Positions 16,672 through 26,931 of a stretch of 64,000 nt of DNA are shown here, one piece after another. The stretch's first letter is position 1. Each line of letters begins with the position of its first letter. Below the pieces are notes generated by a model. It saw nothing but the letters and a program-made list of their open reading frames with translations. It did no database searches and had not been told where the DNA came from. This stretch comes from Candidatus Nomurabacteria bacterium (GTDB lineage Bacteria > Patescibacteriota > Minisyncoccia > Phycocordibacterales > SBAW01): NCBI GenBank assembly GCA_943356495.1, contig CALRFF010000001.1:24957-88956 (forward strand), written 5' to 3'. Made by a program: the position numbers and the translations under genes.

Positions 16672-16887
16672 ATGACCGAACAGAAGCCATCTTTTGCCGA
16701 GCTGGTCGAAGGCGCCGCACAAGCCCGTGGCAATCCGCCCGTAGCGCGCTCGTTTATCGAAGAGGCGCTTCGCAAGATCAACGCCAACGAAGTTGAGGTC
16801 ACCAAGTATCCAAGCGGTTCGCCGACATTGCGGGCCGTCTACGAGGTGGCGGTGCTCCTCGAGAGTGAGGCAACGGTAAAGAATTGA
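16672..16887 (+). CDS. Orphan hypothetical protein (71 aa)
   Basis: SD GGAGGT, TATAGT upstream, terminator at ~16892-16926. Confidence 0.7.
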   Translation: MTEQKPSFAELVEGAAQARGNPPVARSFIEEALRKINANEVEVTKYPSGSPTLRAVYEVAVLLESEATVKN

Positions 16888-17043
16888 GCACAAAGCCGCC
16901 CAAAGTACCGGGACGGCTTTTTCTTTGCAGGTGGAGTAGGGGGCTATAATCAAACAGCGGCCCCCCTAGGTTCTCCTGTAGGGACAAGTCGCAAAAGATA
17001 TATTGTGCGACGTTAGTATATTCGAGTAAGGCACCAGTCACCC

Positions 17044-17721
17044 ATGGCTTTAACTAAGTACCAACAACAACTGCGCACCCTTCTCTCCCCCGCGGAGCGA
17101 CGGGTCTTTGCGGGGTTGAGCACGCCGCAGAAGATCCAAGACTATTTAGACCACTCCCCCGCAAATTTGCTTACAAAAGGGGAGCACACAATGAAATCGC
17201 CGCGTAGGGTACTGCAAACCGGCTCGGCCCATTGCCTTGAAGGGGCAATGTTGGCGGCCACTGCCCTTGCCTATCATGGCCGGCCGCCATTACTGCTTGA
17301 TTTAGAGTCGACCGACAACGACTACGACCATATTGTTGCTTTGTTTAAACAAAACGGGCGTTGGGGTGCGATAAGCAAGACAAACTATCCGGTCTTGCGG
17401 TGGCGCGACCCGGTGTACGCGAGCGTGCGCGAGCTCGCGTTGTCGTACTTTCACGAATATTTTCTCGACAACGGCAAAAAGACCCTGCGCAGGCACTCCG
17501 GCCCGTTTAATCTGCAAAAGTTCGATCCAAAGAGGTGGGTTATAGCCGAAGGTGATGTCGACTGGCTCGCCGAGGCGTTGGGCGATGCTAAACACTTTCC
17601 CATCGCATCACCTAAAACTATTAAAGCTCTGCGCCGCGCCTCAAAAGTAGAAGTCAAAGCAACCGCTGTCCGCGAGTGGAAAAAAGATATAAAGGGGAAG
17701 GTACGGAAGGCTACTGCTTAA
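17044..17721 (+). CDS. Conserved hypothetical protein, transglutaminase/papain-like fold candidate
   Basis: AHCLEGA...DHIVALFK...WGAISKTN; candidate Cys-His pair. Confidence 0.75.
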   Translation: MALTKYQQQLRTLLSPAERRVFAGLSTPQKIQDYLDHSPANLLTKGEHTMKSPRRVLQTGSAHCLEGAMLAATALAYHGRPPLLLDLESTDNDYDHIVALFKQNGRWGAISKTNYPVLRWRDPVYASVRELALSYFHEYFLDNGKKTLRRHSGPFNLQKFDPKRWVIAEGDVDWLAEALGDAKHFPIASPKTIKALRRASKVEVKATAVREWKKDIKGKVRKATA

Positions 17722-18484
17722 GCCCTATCCCCTTACGGAAGAGCCACATGGCTGTGCCGGTAAACAGTACAACAAGACCGATAAGCACGGTAAAGCACAG
17801 TGCGATGCTGATGTCGCTAATACCGAGGAAGCCGTAGCGAAAGGCATTGATCATGTACAGTATCGGGTTAAAAAGCGCTACCTGCTGCCAAAACGGGCTA
17901 AATTGCTGGATAGAGAAGAAGATACCTCCCAAGTAGGTCAAAGGGGTCAGCACGAAGGTCGGCACGATAGAGATGCCGTCAAAGCCTTTGGCAAACACGC
18001 CGTTAATCAGCCCGCCGAGGCTAAAGAGCACCGAGGTAAGCACCAAAGCGGAGACGAGTATAAACGCGTTAAAGATTACTAGGTGCGTAAAGAACAGCGA
18101 GACAATAAGCACCAATGCGCCTACCAAGAGCCCGCGGAGTACTCCCCCGCTCACAAAGCCCAGTATCACTACCCAGTTGGGCATCGGCGAGACTAAAATT
18201 TCGTCGAGGGTGCGCGTCCATTTGGCAAAGTAAAAGGTCGACACTGTGTTCATGTAGGAGCTTGTGATAACCGACATCATAATAAGTCCCGGCACGATAA
18301 ACTGTATGTAGCTAAAGCCGTCTATGGGTTGGAGTTGCGAGCCTATAAATTTACCGAAGACCACAAAGTACAGCGTGGTCGTAACCACCGGCGGCAAGAG
18401 CGTTTGCGACCAAATGCGTATAATGCGCACAAACTCGGCGCGCATCATAGTGTAGTAGCCTATCAGTTGTTTTTTGGGAGTCAT
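17711..18484 (-). CDS. ABC-2 type permease (YadH-like)
   Basis: RIW.QTLLPP, FIVPGLIMM, NPILYMINAFRYG. Confidence 0.93.
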   Translation of the reverse strand: MTPKKQLIGYYTMMRAEFVRIIRIWSQTLLPPVVTTTLYFVVFGKFIGSQLQPIDGFSYIQFIVPGLIMMSVITSSYMNTVSTFYFAKWTRTLDEILVSPMPNWVVILGFVSGGVLRGLLVGALVLIVSLFFTHLVIFNAFILVSALVLTSVLFSLGGLINGVFAKGFDGISIVPTFVLTPLTYLGGIFFSIQQFSPFWQQVALFNPILYMINAFRYGFLGISDISIALCFTVLIGLVVLFTGTAMWLFRKGIGLKQ

Positions 18485-18488
18485 ATGG

Positions 18489-19241
18489 TTATTCCGCCTC
18501 GCCTACACCGATTACTTCGAGGTAAATGTCCTCGAGTTTTTTGTTGTCGTGCCGCTCCAAAAAGCCCTGCATGGGCTCGTTAACCAAAATTTGCCCCTTG
18601 TTGATGATAGCCACATTGCGGGCCAACTGCTCGGCCTCTTCAAGGTAGTGGGTGGTCAAAATAATTGTAGTCCCCTCTTCGTTCATTTTGCGGAGGAAGG
18701 TCCACATACTGCGGCGCAACTCGACGTCTACGCCCGCGGTCGGCTCGTCGAGTATCAGGAGTTTAGGGTGGTGTATAAGCGCGCGGGCTATCATCAACCG
18801 GCGCTTCATGCCGCCGCTAAGCTGTTGGCTGGGGGTATGCCGCTTTTCCCATAATCCGAGGTCTTTGAGTATCGGTTCGGCGTCCTTTAAAGCTTGCCCG
18901 CGCGGTATGCCGTAGTATCCGGCTTGATTGACGATAATATTCTCTACTTTTTCGAAAATATTAAAGTTAAACTCCTGCGGCACCAGCCCTATGTGCGTTT
19001 TGGTAAGCGAGGGGTCGGTGTCTATCGAGGTACCAAACACCTCTACCGTGCCGCTTGTCTTGGTTATCAGGCTGGTAAGGACGCTAATAATGGTGGTCTT
19101 CCCCGCCCCGTTGGGCCCCAACAACGCAAAAAAGTCGCCCTCGGCGACGGTAAGGTTTACCCCCTTCAGTGCCTCGACAGTTGGCCCTTTGCCGCCTGTA
19201 TAGGTCTTGCGGAGGTCGGTAACGGAAACTGCAGAAGCCAT
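18489..19241 (-). CDS. ABC transporter ATP-binding protein (YadG-like)
   Basis: GPNGAGKTT, LSGGMKRR, LDEPTAGVD, THY. Confidence 0.95.
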   Translation of the reverse strand: MASAVSVTDLRKTYTGGKGPTVEALKGVNLTVAEGDFFALLGPNGAGKTTIISVLTSLITKTSGTVEVFGTSIDTDPSLTKTHIGLVPQEFNFNIFEKVENIIVNQAGYYGIPRGQALKDAEPILKDLGLWEKRHTPSQQLSGGMKRRLMIARALIHHPKLLILDEPTAGVDVELRRSMWTFLRKMNEEGTTIILTTHYLEEAEQLARNVAIINKGQILVNEPMQGFLERHDNKKLEDIYLEVIGVGEAE

Positions 19242-19281
19242 AATAGCTTCTGCAGTATATCACAACAGGTTTTTCCGTAGA

Positions 19282-19515
19282 TTACATCGCCGAGCAGGCT
19301 TTGCAGTCTTTTTTGTGGCCGACAAGCGTCCAGACAGCCGCAAGGCCGACAAGAACGTAAATGACCGACTCTACCTGCGAACCGCCGATATAACCGGCAA
19401 GCCAGGTAACGACGTTCCAGTTGGCGCCGGAGATCAATGCGCCAAGGCCCACGAGGCCCCAGTTGATGCCGCCGATCCAGACCAGAGCGTAGGCAATGAT
19501 GTGTAGTGTTTTCAT
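19282..19515 (-). CDS. DUF378 family membrane protein
   Basis: LV.IGGINWGLVG...IYVLVGLAA; C-terminal CKAC. Confidence 0.9.
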   Translation of the reverse strand: MKTLHIIAYALVWIGGINWGLVGLGALISGANWNVVTWLAGYIGGSQVESVIYVLVGLAAVWTLVGHKKDCKACSAM

Positions 19516-19612
19516 AGCTGTAAGAAATTGAGTGTTGGAGTACGCGGTTCGACCGCTCCGCCTCTATAGTATGAAGCCTTTATAAGCCCCCGCCAGAGCG
19601 TCGTGGGGATAT

Positions 19613-20875
19613 CTATTTAGGCAAATATTGGAGCGGGTTAAGGTACGCGTTGACCGGCACAATGGGGATCATGGTCGAGCTGCCGCTGGCGCAGGAGTAC
19701 TGCTTAAACGATATAGCGGCCGCCGCGTATACGGTCATATGCAAATGCGGGCCGGTGGCGTAACCGGTGTTGCCGGAAAGGCCTATAACTTGGCCTGTAG
19801 ATACGGTCGTACCCTTGGTGACGTTGATAGTCGAAAGGTGGGCATACAAGGTGGCAAGACCGTTGGCATGCTTGATAAGCACCCATTTGCCGTATTGGCA
19901 GTTTTTGACCGCGCCTTGGTTAACCTCGAGTACCGTGCCGGCGAGCGATGCACGCACCGGCGTGCCTATAGATGCCCGAAAGTCGATGCCGTTGTGCGTG
20001 CCCGAGGTATACAGGCGGCCCGACACCGAGGTTTTGCCGAACTGTTGCGTAAGCACCACGTTGTCGAGCGGCCAACGCAGCACCCCTCCCCCGGCCGTCG
20101 GTATGCCGGATATATCGGCCGTGCCCAACTGCGATGCAAGGGTAAAGAGTATGTCTTCGAAGCGCCGCTGCTCGGCCTGCTTTTGCGCGATAAGCGCTTG
20201 GTAGGCGCTTTCTTTGTTTTGCGTTTCGGACAAAAGGTCGGCCTGCGACTGGCGGTTGATAGCAAGCGACTGCTTTTGCTGGTTAAGCTGTTTTTGTAGT
20301 GTTGCCAGTTGGGTGCGTGCCTGCGTGGCGGTATTTTTATTTGTTTGCAGGGTGGACTTTAATCGCGATAGGTCCTGTATCCGGTTGCCCAACTCGTCAC
20401 GGAGCGACCCAAGTGCTATAGCCTCATCAAAAAAGTCGGACAAGGTTCTCCCCGCAAGCAGTGACGCCGCCACCGAGGCTTCGTCGTGCTCGGAGAGGTT
20501 GCGCAACGATGCGGCAACCTCGCTACGGGTGGTGTCTATGGTGTTAGAGGTGGTGGCAATACCGCCGCTTAAACGCAGTATTTCTTTGTCTTTTTGCGTA
20601 ATCTGCGCGGTGGTGAGCGTAATACTTTTAGTGAGCTTTTGGATGTTGAGGTCTATCGTCTTGACCGTCGACTGCAGGGTCTGCTTTTGCGAAGAGACGT
20701 TGTTAAGTTGTATCTGCAGCTGGTCTATCTCGTTTTTGAGCGCATTAATTTGCTGGGCGGTGGCATCGGCCTGCGCCTGCAACTCTTGGGTAGCAGAGTC
20801 GGTATCGGTCGTGGTAGCGGTCTGCGCGTGTGCAACAGGAGTAAGCAGCAGGAGTATCGCTAAGAGGAAGCCCAT
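19613..20875 (-). CDS. Coiled-coil M23 peptidase (EnvC/CwlO-like)
   Basis: Signal peptide, long coiled coil, HNGID, LYAHL, GPHLH. Confidence 0.92.
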   Translation of the reverse strand: MGFLLAILLLLTPVAHAQTATTTDTDSATQELQAQADATAQQINALKNEIDQLQIQLNNVSSQKQTLQSTVKTIDLNIQKLTKSITLTTAQITQKDKEILRLSGGIATTSNTIDTTRSEVAASLRNLSEHDEASVAASLLAGRTLSDFFDEAIALGSLRDELGNRIQDLSRLKSTLQTNKNTATQARTQLATLQKQLNQQKQSLAINRQSQADLLSETQNKESAYQALIAQKQAEQRRFEDILFTLASQLGTADISGIPTAGGGVLRWPLDNVVLTQQFGKTSVSGRLYTSGTHNGIDFRASIGTPVRASLAGTVLEVNQGAVKNCQYGKWVLIKHANGLATLYAHLSTINVTKGTTVSTGQVIGLSGNTGYATGPHLHMTVYAAAAISFKQYSCASGSSTMIPIVPVNAYLNPLQYLPK

Positions 20876-20885
20876 TTGTTTTATT

Positions 20886-22181
20886 TTAAAGGCTTTGGGC
20901 CGCGCGGGCAATGCGCGCCAGCGCCTCGTCTTTGCCGACAAGGGTAAGGATAGTGAAGGGGTCTGGCGAGCGCTCGCGCCCTGAAAGCGCGGTGCGCAAG
21001 GGCCACAAGACGTCTCCCCTGCCTTCGGCGGTCGCGTAGGGCCATATAAGGTCTTTGTAGCCTTGGGAGGTGAGTCCTTCATTGGGTGTATCGTGCAAAA
21101 GCTCCGCAAGTGCGTTCAGGTGCTTTGACGCTACCGCGGGGGCTATCTTTCCTTTGTTGGTGAGGAGCGCAGGTTCGCAAGAGACACCCTGTAAAAAACC
21201 GAACTCCGTGTCCAGCATGTCGGCGGCTTCCTGCAGTGTTGCCGCGCGCTCTTTAAGCAGCGGCACTATGCGCGGGTCGATATCTTTTTTAGCAAAATCG
21301 CGCACGCGCGAGGCGTACGCATCATCGGTCATGCGCTTTAGATGCTCATGGTTAAACCAACGCAGCTTCTCTTCGTCAAAAATACCGGCGCCTTTTTGTA
21401 TGCGCTCCAGCGTAAACTCCCCTACCAGCTCGTCCATAGTAAAGAGTTCTTTGTTGCCCTCCGGGTGCCAGCCAAGCAAGGCCAAATAGTTAATCATCGC
21501 TTCGGCCACGTAGCCTTCGTTGCGGTACTGCGTAAGCGCTTTGGCGCCGCGGCGTTTAGACAGTTTGGCGCGGTCGGGGCCAAGTACCAACGGCAAGTGC
21601 GCGTAGATAGGCGTCTCGTAGCCGAGCGCCTGTTGTATCAGTATTTGCCGCGGCGTGTTGGAAATATGGTCTTCGCCGCGTATGACATGGGTTACTCCTT
21701 CGTCATAGTCGTCGACCACTACCGCAAAATGGAAGACCGGCTCGTCGAGCGAGCGGGCGATAACAAAGTCGCCCAAGTCGCTGGTGTTAAAGGTTATTTC
21801 CCCGCGTATCGCATCGGTAAAGGTAATAGTAGTCTTCGGGTTCTTAAACCGAATCACTTCTTTTCTTTCACCCTCGGTTTCTTGCGATACAAATGCTGCG
21901 CCGCTTTTGATAAGTTGCTCGAGCTGCTCGCGGTGGCGCACGGCGTTGCCGCTCTGGCGGTAGTTCCGCTCGGGCAGGAGCGCCAGCCACGACAAAGTTT
22001 CGTGGATATTGTCCTCGTACTCGGGTTTGGAGCGCTCTTTGTCGGTGTCCTCGATGCGTACGATAAACTCTCCCTGCATTTTGCGGGCAAACAGGTAGGC
22101 AAACACCGCGGTGCGGTAGTTGCCGCCGTGGAGGAGGCCGGTGGGGCTTGGGGCAAATCGGGTAACTACTTTTTGTGGCAT
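20886..22181 (-). CDS. gltX: Glutamyl-tRNA synthetase
   Basis: TRFAPSPTG, RIEDTD, RGEDH, KLSKR. Confidence 0.96.
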   Translation of the reverse strand: MPQKVVTRFAPSPTGLLHGGNYRTAVFAYLFARKMQGEFIVRIEDTDKERSKPEYEDNIHETLSWLALLPERNYRQSGNAVRHREQLEQLIKSGAAFVSQETEGERKEVIRFKNPKTTITFTDAIRGEITFNTSDLGDFVIARSLDEPVFHFAVVVDDYDEGVTHVIRGEDHISNTPRQILIQQALGYETPIYAHLPLVLGPDRAKLSKRRGAKALTQYRNEGYVAEAMINYLALLGWHPEGNKELFTMDELVGEFTLERIQKGAGIFDEEKLRWFNHEHLKRMTDDAYASRVRDFAKKDIDPRIVPLLKERAATLQEAADMLDTEFGFLQGVSCEPALLTNKGKIAPAVASKHLNALAELLHDTPNEGLTSQGYKDLIWPYATAEGRGDVLWPLRTALSGRERSPDPFTILTLVGKDEALARIARAAQSL

Positions 22182-22199
22182 GCAGGCAGTGTACGAAAA

Positions 22200-23327
22200 T
22201 TATGACTCGTGGGAAAGGGCGACGGCCAACAATGCCTCGGCTATCGTTTTGGCGGCATCCGCACGGGCAAAGGCGCGCGCCGCGTTGCCCATCGAGTGGC
22301 GGATTTGCTGGTTGCCAAGTATCCGGTTAACTTCCGACAGCAAGAGGCCGGGGGTCAGGTTTTGCTGTTCGATAACCGAGCAGGCGCCGGCGCGCGCGTA
22401 GGAAAAAGCGTTTTTACTTTGATGATCCTCGGCGGCGGTGGGTAGCGGCACAATAATACTCGGCAGGCCCCACGAAGCGATTTCAAAAATAGTCGAGCCT
22501 CCGCGCGAGATAATTAACTGCGCCGCGCCGGAAGCCATGCGCATTTCAAGGTCGTTAAGGTAGCCCATCGGTTTGTATCTGTCCGCGTGCAGGTTGTTGC
22601 CCATCGCTACCTTTGCGCGGCCGGTAACATCGTCTAGGTTGTCGGCACCGGTCTGGTGGATAATCTGATATTTTTCTACCAGTTGTGGCAAGGCAGAAAG
22701 GAGCCCGTCGTTTAAAGCTTGCGCGCCTTGTGAGCCGCCGGTGACAAAAATGACCGGGAGGTCCGGAGCAAATTTAAAAAACTCCAGCGCTCCGTCGCGC
22801 GCCGGCACCAGCGCCGCTTTGCGCACGGGGTTGCCGGTAAACGCCACTTTGTCGGCAGGAAAAAACTTTGCCGCCTCGGGGTACGAGATAGCCACCTTTT
22901 GCGCAAACTTCCCCGCCCAGCGGTTGACCTTGCCCGGCTCGGCATCGCTTTCGTGTATCACTACGGGTATGCGAAACAGTTTTGCCGCCAACAAGGTAGG
23001 AAAGGACGCATAACCCCCTTTGCCGAACACGACGTCCGGGTACAAAAAGAAGACGCGCAGCACCGACCGCGTTACGCCCCACGCGGTCTTAAAGTAGTCG
23101 AAGAAGTTGAGTATAGAAAAGTAGCGGCGCATCTTGCCCGCCGCGGTCGGCACAAAACGCACGTTGTTGGCAAACAACATTTCTTTGTCGTAGGGCTCGG
23201 GCGCGGCATAGATAAGCTCGGGCTCGACCAGCTTGCGCTCGCGGACAAGGTCGTTAACGGCCTCGGCCACCGCGATAATCGGGTAAAAGTGCCCGCCTGT
23301 CCCCCCGCCGGTAAAAAGAATTTTCAT
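22200..23327 (-). CDS. murG: MurG glycosyltransferase
   Basis: GGGTGGH, HES, TGNPVR, GGSQG, HQ..NA. Confidence 0.97.
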   Translation of the reverse strand: MKILFTGGGTGGHFYPIIAVAEAVNDLVRERKLVEPELIYAAPEPYDKEMLFANNVRFVPTAAGKMRRYFSILNFFDYFKTAWGVTRSVLRVFFLYPDVVFGKGGYASFPTLLAAKLFRIPVVIHESDAEPGKVNRWAGKFAQKVAISYPEAAKFFPADKVAFTGNPVRKAALVPARDGALEFFKFAPDLPVIFVTGGSQGAQALNDGLLSALPQLVEKYQIIHQTGADNLDDVTGRAKVAMGNNLHADRYKPMGYLNDLEMRMASGAAQLIISRGGSTIFEIASWGLPSIIVPLPTAAEDHQSKNAFSYARAGACSVIEQQNLTPGLLLSEVNRILGNQQIRHSMGNAARAFARADAAKTIAEALLAVALSHES

Positions 23328-23337
23328 ACAACAGTAC

Positions 23338-24435
23338 TTACGACTTCATTCTGCGCGATACGCTTAATAGTACCCCGACTTCCGCCAACGAGAGCGCCAG
23401 CGCGGTGCCGCCGTGCGATACAAAAATAAGCGGCACGCCGATAAGCGGCACCAACCCCAGCGCCGAAGCGATGTTAAAAAACGATTGCCCCACAATGATA
23501 GTCACGAGCCCCACTACGATAAGTCCGCCGAACGGGTCGCTTGCCCGCGCGGCGATGCGCAGGCCTAAGACGCAAAAAATAAGAAACAACGATACCAACA
23601 GCACCGACCCGACGAAGCCGAATTCTTCCCCCGCCACCGCAAAGATAGAGTCGCCTATAGGCTCGGGCAGGTAGGAAAACTTTTCGATACTTTGGCCAAA
23701 GCCGCGGCCGGTGAGTCCGCCGGAGCCGATGGCAATAAGCGACTGCTGTATCTGGTAACCGCTCCCTTGCGGGTCGGCCGAGTGGTCGAGATAGGTTACT
23801 AACCGCTCGCGCACGTGCGGGTAGGCATAGGCCGCAGCCCCGATAGCGCCCGCGGCAAGCAGTGCCAAGATAATTAAATGAGACAACCGCCCGCCCGCGG
23901 CAAACAGCATAACCGCAAGCGCTCCGCAGAGTATCAGTGCGCCCGCGGTGTTGGGCTGGGCCAGCAATATAGCCGCACCGCTGCCGCCGACCAGCAGCAT
24001 GGGTACTATGCCGCCCCGTATGGTCGGCACTTCTTTAAATTTAGTAGCGTATATCGCGGCCAAAAAAAGGACGCTCGCGAGTTTTAAAATTTCTTCGGGC
24101 TGAAAAGATACGGGGCCCAGCAATATCCACCGCGACGCGCCCTTAAGCGACAAACCTATGCCGGGGACAAAGGTAAGCAGCGTAAGCCCGAGCGCAAAAA
24201 AGAAAAAATAGGGCGTGTAAGGGCGCAGTAAACGGTAGTCTATACGCGAGAGTATCGCCATGGCGATACTACCGAGCACCAACCCCAGCAATAGCTGGGA
24301 CACTGCGACGTTGGTAAAGGTGGCTCCGTCGCGCGCCAAGAGTCCCAGTGCAGCCGAAGTAAAAATAAGTAGGCCGACAAACACCAGCGCCGATACCGCT
24401 ATTAAAAACGGTCCGTCTACCGAACCGCGCTTCAT
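23338..24435 (-). CDS. ftsW: SEDS family peptidoglycan polymerase FtsW
   Basis: GASRWI, QP.E..K, GYQIQQS, LPE, EEFGF, GVPLIFVSHGG; between mraY and murG. Confidence 0.92.
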   Translation of the reverse strand: MKRGSVDGPFLIAVSALVFVGLLIFTSAALGLLARDGATFTNVAVSQLLLGLVLGSIAMAILSRIDYRLLRPYTPYFFFFALGLTLLTFVPGIGLSLKGASRWILLGPVSFQPEEILKLASVLFLAAIYATKFKEVPTIRGGIVPMLLVGGSGAAILLAQPNTAGALILCGALAVMLFAAGGRLSHLIILALLAAGAIGAAAYAYPHVRERLVTYLDHSADPQGSGYQIQQSLIAIGSGGLTGRGFGQSIEKFSYLPEPIGDSIFAVAGEEFGFVGSVLLVSLFLIFCVLGLRIAARASDPFGGLIVVGLVTIIVGQSFFNIASALGLVPLIGVPLIFVSHGGTALALSLAEVGVLLSVSRRMKS

Positions 24436-25484
24436 AAAAGCGCGACCGTCATGCCGATAATCGCCGATACGATGCCTACTATCCAGTAACGCATGACTAC
24501 TTTGTACGGAGGCCAACCTAACGCTTCGAAGTGATGGTGGAGCGGCGCGATGCGCAACAATTTACGCCCCAATATTTTTTTGCCGAAGATCTGCAGTATG
24601 TTAGAAAACACGGTGGCGACAAGCGGGAGCGCAATAATGGGTAATACGGTAATGCCCTTGCCGCTGCCGAGCGCATCGGTAAGAAAGGCCACTACGGTTA
24701 ACAGCAAGGTAAGCCCCATGGTCCCTGTCTCGGAGAGATAAAAGCGCGCGGGCGGCACGTTAAACCACAAAAAGGCCAATAGTCCCCCCGCCACTGCCGC
24801 GCACAGCGCAGCAATATCAAGCTGTTGCTGAAAGAAGGCTATCCCCGCATAGGCGGTAAACATGGTGGCAAAGAGTCCTCCCGCAAGGCCGTCGATGCCG
24901 TCGATGACTCCGCCGGCATATATAAAGAGTGCTACCAGTACAAAAAACGGTATAAACCACCACCCTAGCTCGATAGGACCCGGCGAAAACGGGAAGGAAA
25001 TAGACGATACCTCAAGCTTGTCAAAAAACCACCACGCACACAGCAGTGCCACCGTTGCTACAAGGCCTAATCGCGCGCGCAGACGCAGACCTTGCCGCCC
25101 CTGCACTTCGTACAGGTCGTCGAGTAACCCGACAAGGGCGCCTACCAACAGTGCGGCAAGCGGGACCCAGGTTTGGTTGCGGCTGATAAATGCCGTTGCT
25201 TCGAAGGACTCGGGGAATGCTATCCATAGCACCTGTAACAACAGTGCGGTCAGCCCGACGCTCCCCCACACCACGACGCCGCCGAAGCGCGGGGTGCCCG
25301 TCTCGCGCGTCTCGTGCAGGCGGTTAAACTCGCTGGCAGGCGTGCCGTCGAGCGCGAGTTTGCCGGCCTTCGGCTTCCATAGTTTGCGGGCGTACAAAAA
25401 GTGCGTCACAAACGGAGTCATACCCACCCCGATTAAAAAGGCGATTGTAGCGGGCAAAAATATTTCCATTACAGTTGCGGTCAT
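24432..25484 (-). CDS. mraY: Phospho-MurNAc-pentapeptide translocase MraY
   Basis: GTP.FGG, GLLDD, DGIDGLA, APLHHHFE. Confidence 0.95.
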   Translation of the reverse strand: MTATVMEIFLPATIAFLIGVGMTPFVTHFLYARKLWKPKAGKLALDGTPASEFNRLHETRETGTPRFGGVVVWGSVGLTALLLQVLWIAFPESFEATAFISRNQTWVPLAALLVGALVGLLDDLYEVQGRQGLRLRARLGLVATVALLCAWWFFDKLEVSSISFPFSPGPIELGWWFIPFFVLVALFIYAGGVIDGIDGLAGGLFATMFTAYAGIAFFQQQLDIAALCAAVAGGLLAFLWFNVPPARFYLSETGTMGLTLLLTVVAFLTDALGSGKGITVLPIIALPLVATVFSNILQIFGKKILGRKLLRIAPLHHHFEALGWPPYKVVMRYWIVGIVSAIIGMTVALL

Positions 25485-26371
25485 TGGGTTTGTTGTTGGG
25501 CAGTACGTGCGGACTCGATAATCGTGCGGACGTCCTCGAAGCGGCCCGCTTCGGTAGACTGTAACACCACTATTACCACCGGCCGGCCGATGTCTAAGTC
25601 GAATATAGCCGACAAGTTGCCGCCCGCCAAATCAGTGTAGCCGGTTTTCCCGCCTACAAAGCCGGGGATATCGAGGAGCGGCACCGTTGTTGCTTTAGCC
25701 GAAAGGGTGCGCTCCCCTGCGGTAATAGACACGGTCGGGTGGGTGCTGAGCTCAAAAAAAGTCGGATAGGATTTGTAAAAGGCGGCGGTCATACGCGCGA
25801 CATCAAAAGCCGAGCCGTACGCACCGGCGGTATCGTCGTTTACATCAAGACCGGTCGAGTTTAAAAAGTACGTTTTAATAAGCCCTAAGGACACGGCGGT
25901 GCGGTTCATTGCCGTTAGGTACTCGCCGCCCAGACTTGCCGCGGCGGCGGCCATCGCGTCGTTACTCGATGCCACTAATCCGAACTTCAACAGGTCTGCG
26001 AGCAACACACTGTCCCCCGCACGCAAGCCCCAGTCACCTTCGGGGGCAAGATCGCGCGCGGTAATGCGCACTACGGTGCCCGGCGGGCGCGCGGCCAATA
26101 CCGCCTGCGCCGACATTAGTTTAGTAAGCGACGCCAGCGGCAGTTGCGCCTGGCCGTTTTTTTGGTACAGCACCTCGCCGCTGGTTACGTCGTACAACAA
26201 GGCAGACTTAGCACGCAGTGTTGCCGGGTCGATAACAACTTCGATAGTCCGCGACTCTACCGCCGCGGCGCTTTGCGAATGTGCGGGCAGGTTAACCAGA
26301 GTCGCGCCTACACCAAAGGCAACCGCAATAAGTAACACCGAAAAGAGACCGGTAATAAAAGGGGGTATCAT
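25481..26371 (-). CDS. D-Ala-D-Ala carboxypeptidase (peptidase S11)
   Basis: ASLTK, SSNDA, KTGYT. Confidence 0.92.
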   Translation of the reverse strand: MIPPFITGLFSVLLIAVAFGVGATLVNLPAHSQSAAAVESRTIEVVIDPATLRAKSALLYDVTSGEVLYQKNGQAQLPLASLTKLMSAQAVLAARPPGTVVRITARDLAPEGDWGLRAGDSVLLADLLKFGLVASSNDAMAAAAASLGGEYLTAMNRTAVSLGLIKTYFLNSTGLDVNDDTAGAYGSAFDVARMTAAFYKSYPTFFELSTHPTVSITAGERTLSAKATTVPLLDIPGFVGGKTGYTDLAGGNLSAIFDLDIGRPVVIVVLQSTEAGRFEDVRTIIESARTAQQQTQ

Positions 26372-26931
26372 GCCGGTTCTTGAGCGTCCGGCCTGCTTTG
26401 TGCTTGCCGGTACGACTCTTCGAGCTCGGCTAATTTAGCGCGCACCACGGTGTACTCGGGCAGTTGCTGCGTTTGCGACACGCCCAACTGGCTTAAGAGT
26501 TCGGTGGTCGGCTCGTACAAAAAGGACCGTTCGTCTTTGGGGTTCGGTACGCGGCGTACCAGCCCGCGCATAGTAAGCGTGCGCAGGGTTTGGCTGGAGT
26601 TAACGCCGCGTATAAAGTCTATGTCGGCGCGCGACAGAGGGCCGCGGTAGAGTATGGCGCTTAACGCCTCGAGCCCTGCCTTGCCGATGTCGCGGGCGTA
26701 CTCTTCTTTGCGGATACGTTCTATAACTTCGCCGGCCGCTGCGGCCACGCGCAGCTCGACCTCGCGACCGTCGTTGACTACCACTACCCCGCCCTCGCGC
26801 GCGCCAAGCTCTTCGAGCGCGGTTTGCAGCTGCGCGTCATTTAGTTGTAGCTGCTTCTTTAGCTCCTCATGAGAAAGCGGTCTACCCAAGGCAAAAAGCA
26901 GCGCTTCAATGTGTTTTGCGGCATTACTCAT
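26368..26931 (-). CDS. scpB: Segregation/condensation protein ScpB
   Basis: IEALLF, LE.L..ILY..P..RA.I..IRGVNS. Confidence 0.95.
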   Translation of the reverse strand: MSNAAKHIEALLFALGRPLSHEELKKQLQLNDAQLQTALEELGAREGGVVVVNDGREVELRVAAAAGEVIERIRKEEYARDIGKAGLEALSAILYRGPLSRADIDFIRGVNSSQTLRTLTMRGLVRRVPNPKDERSFLYEPTTELLSQLGVSQTQQLPEYTVVRAKLAELEESYRQAQSRPDAQEPA

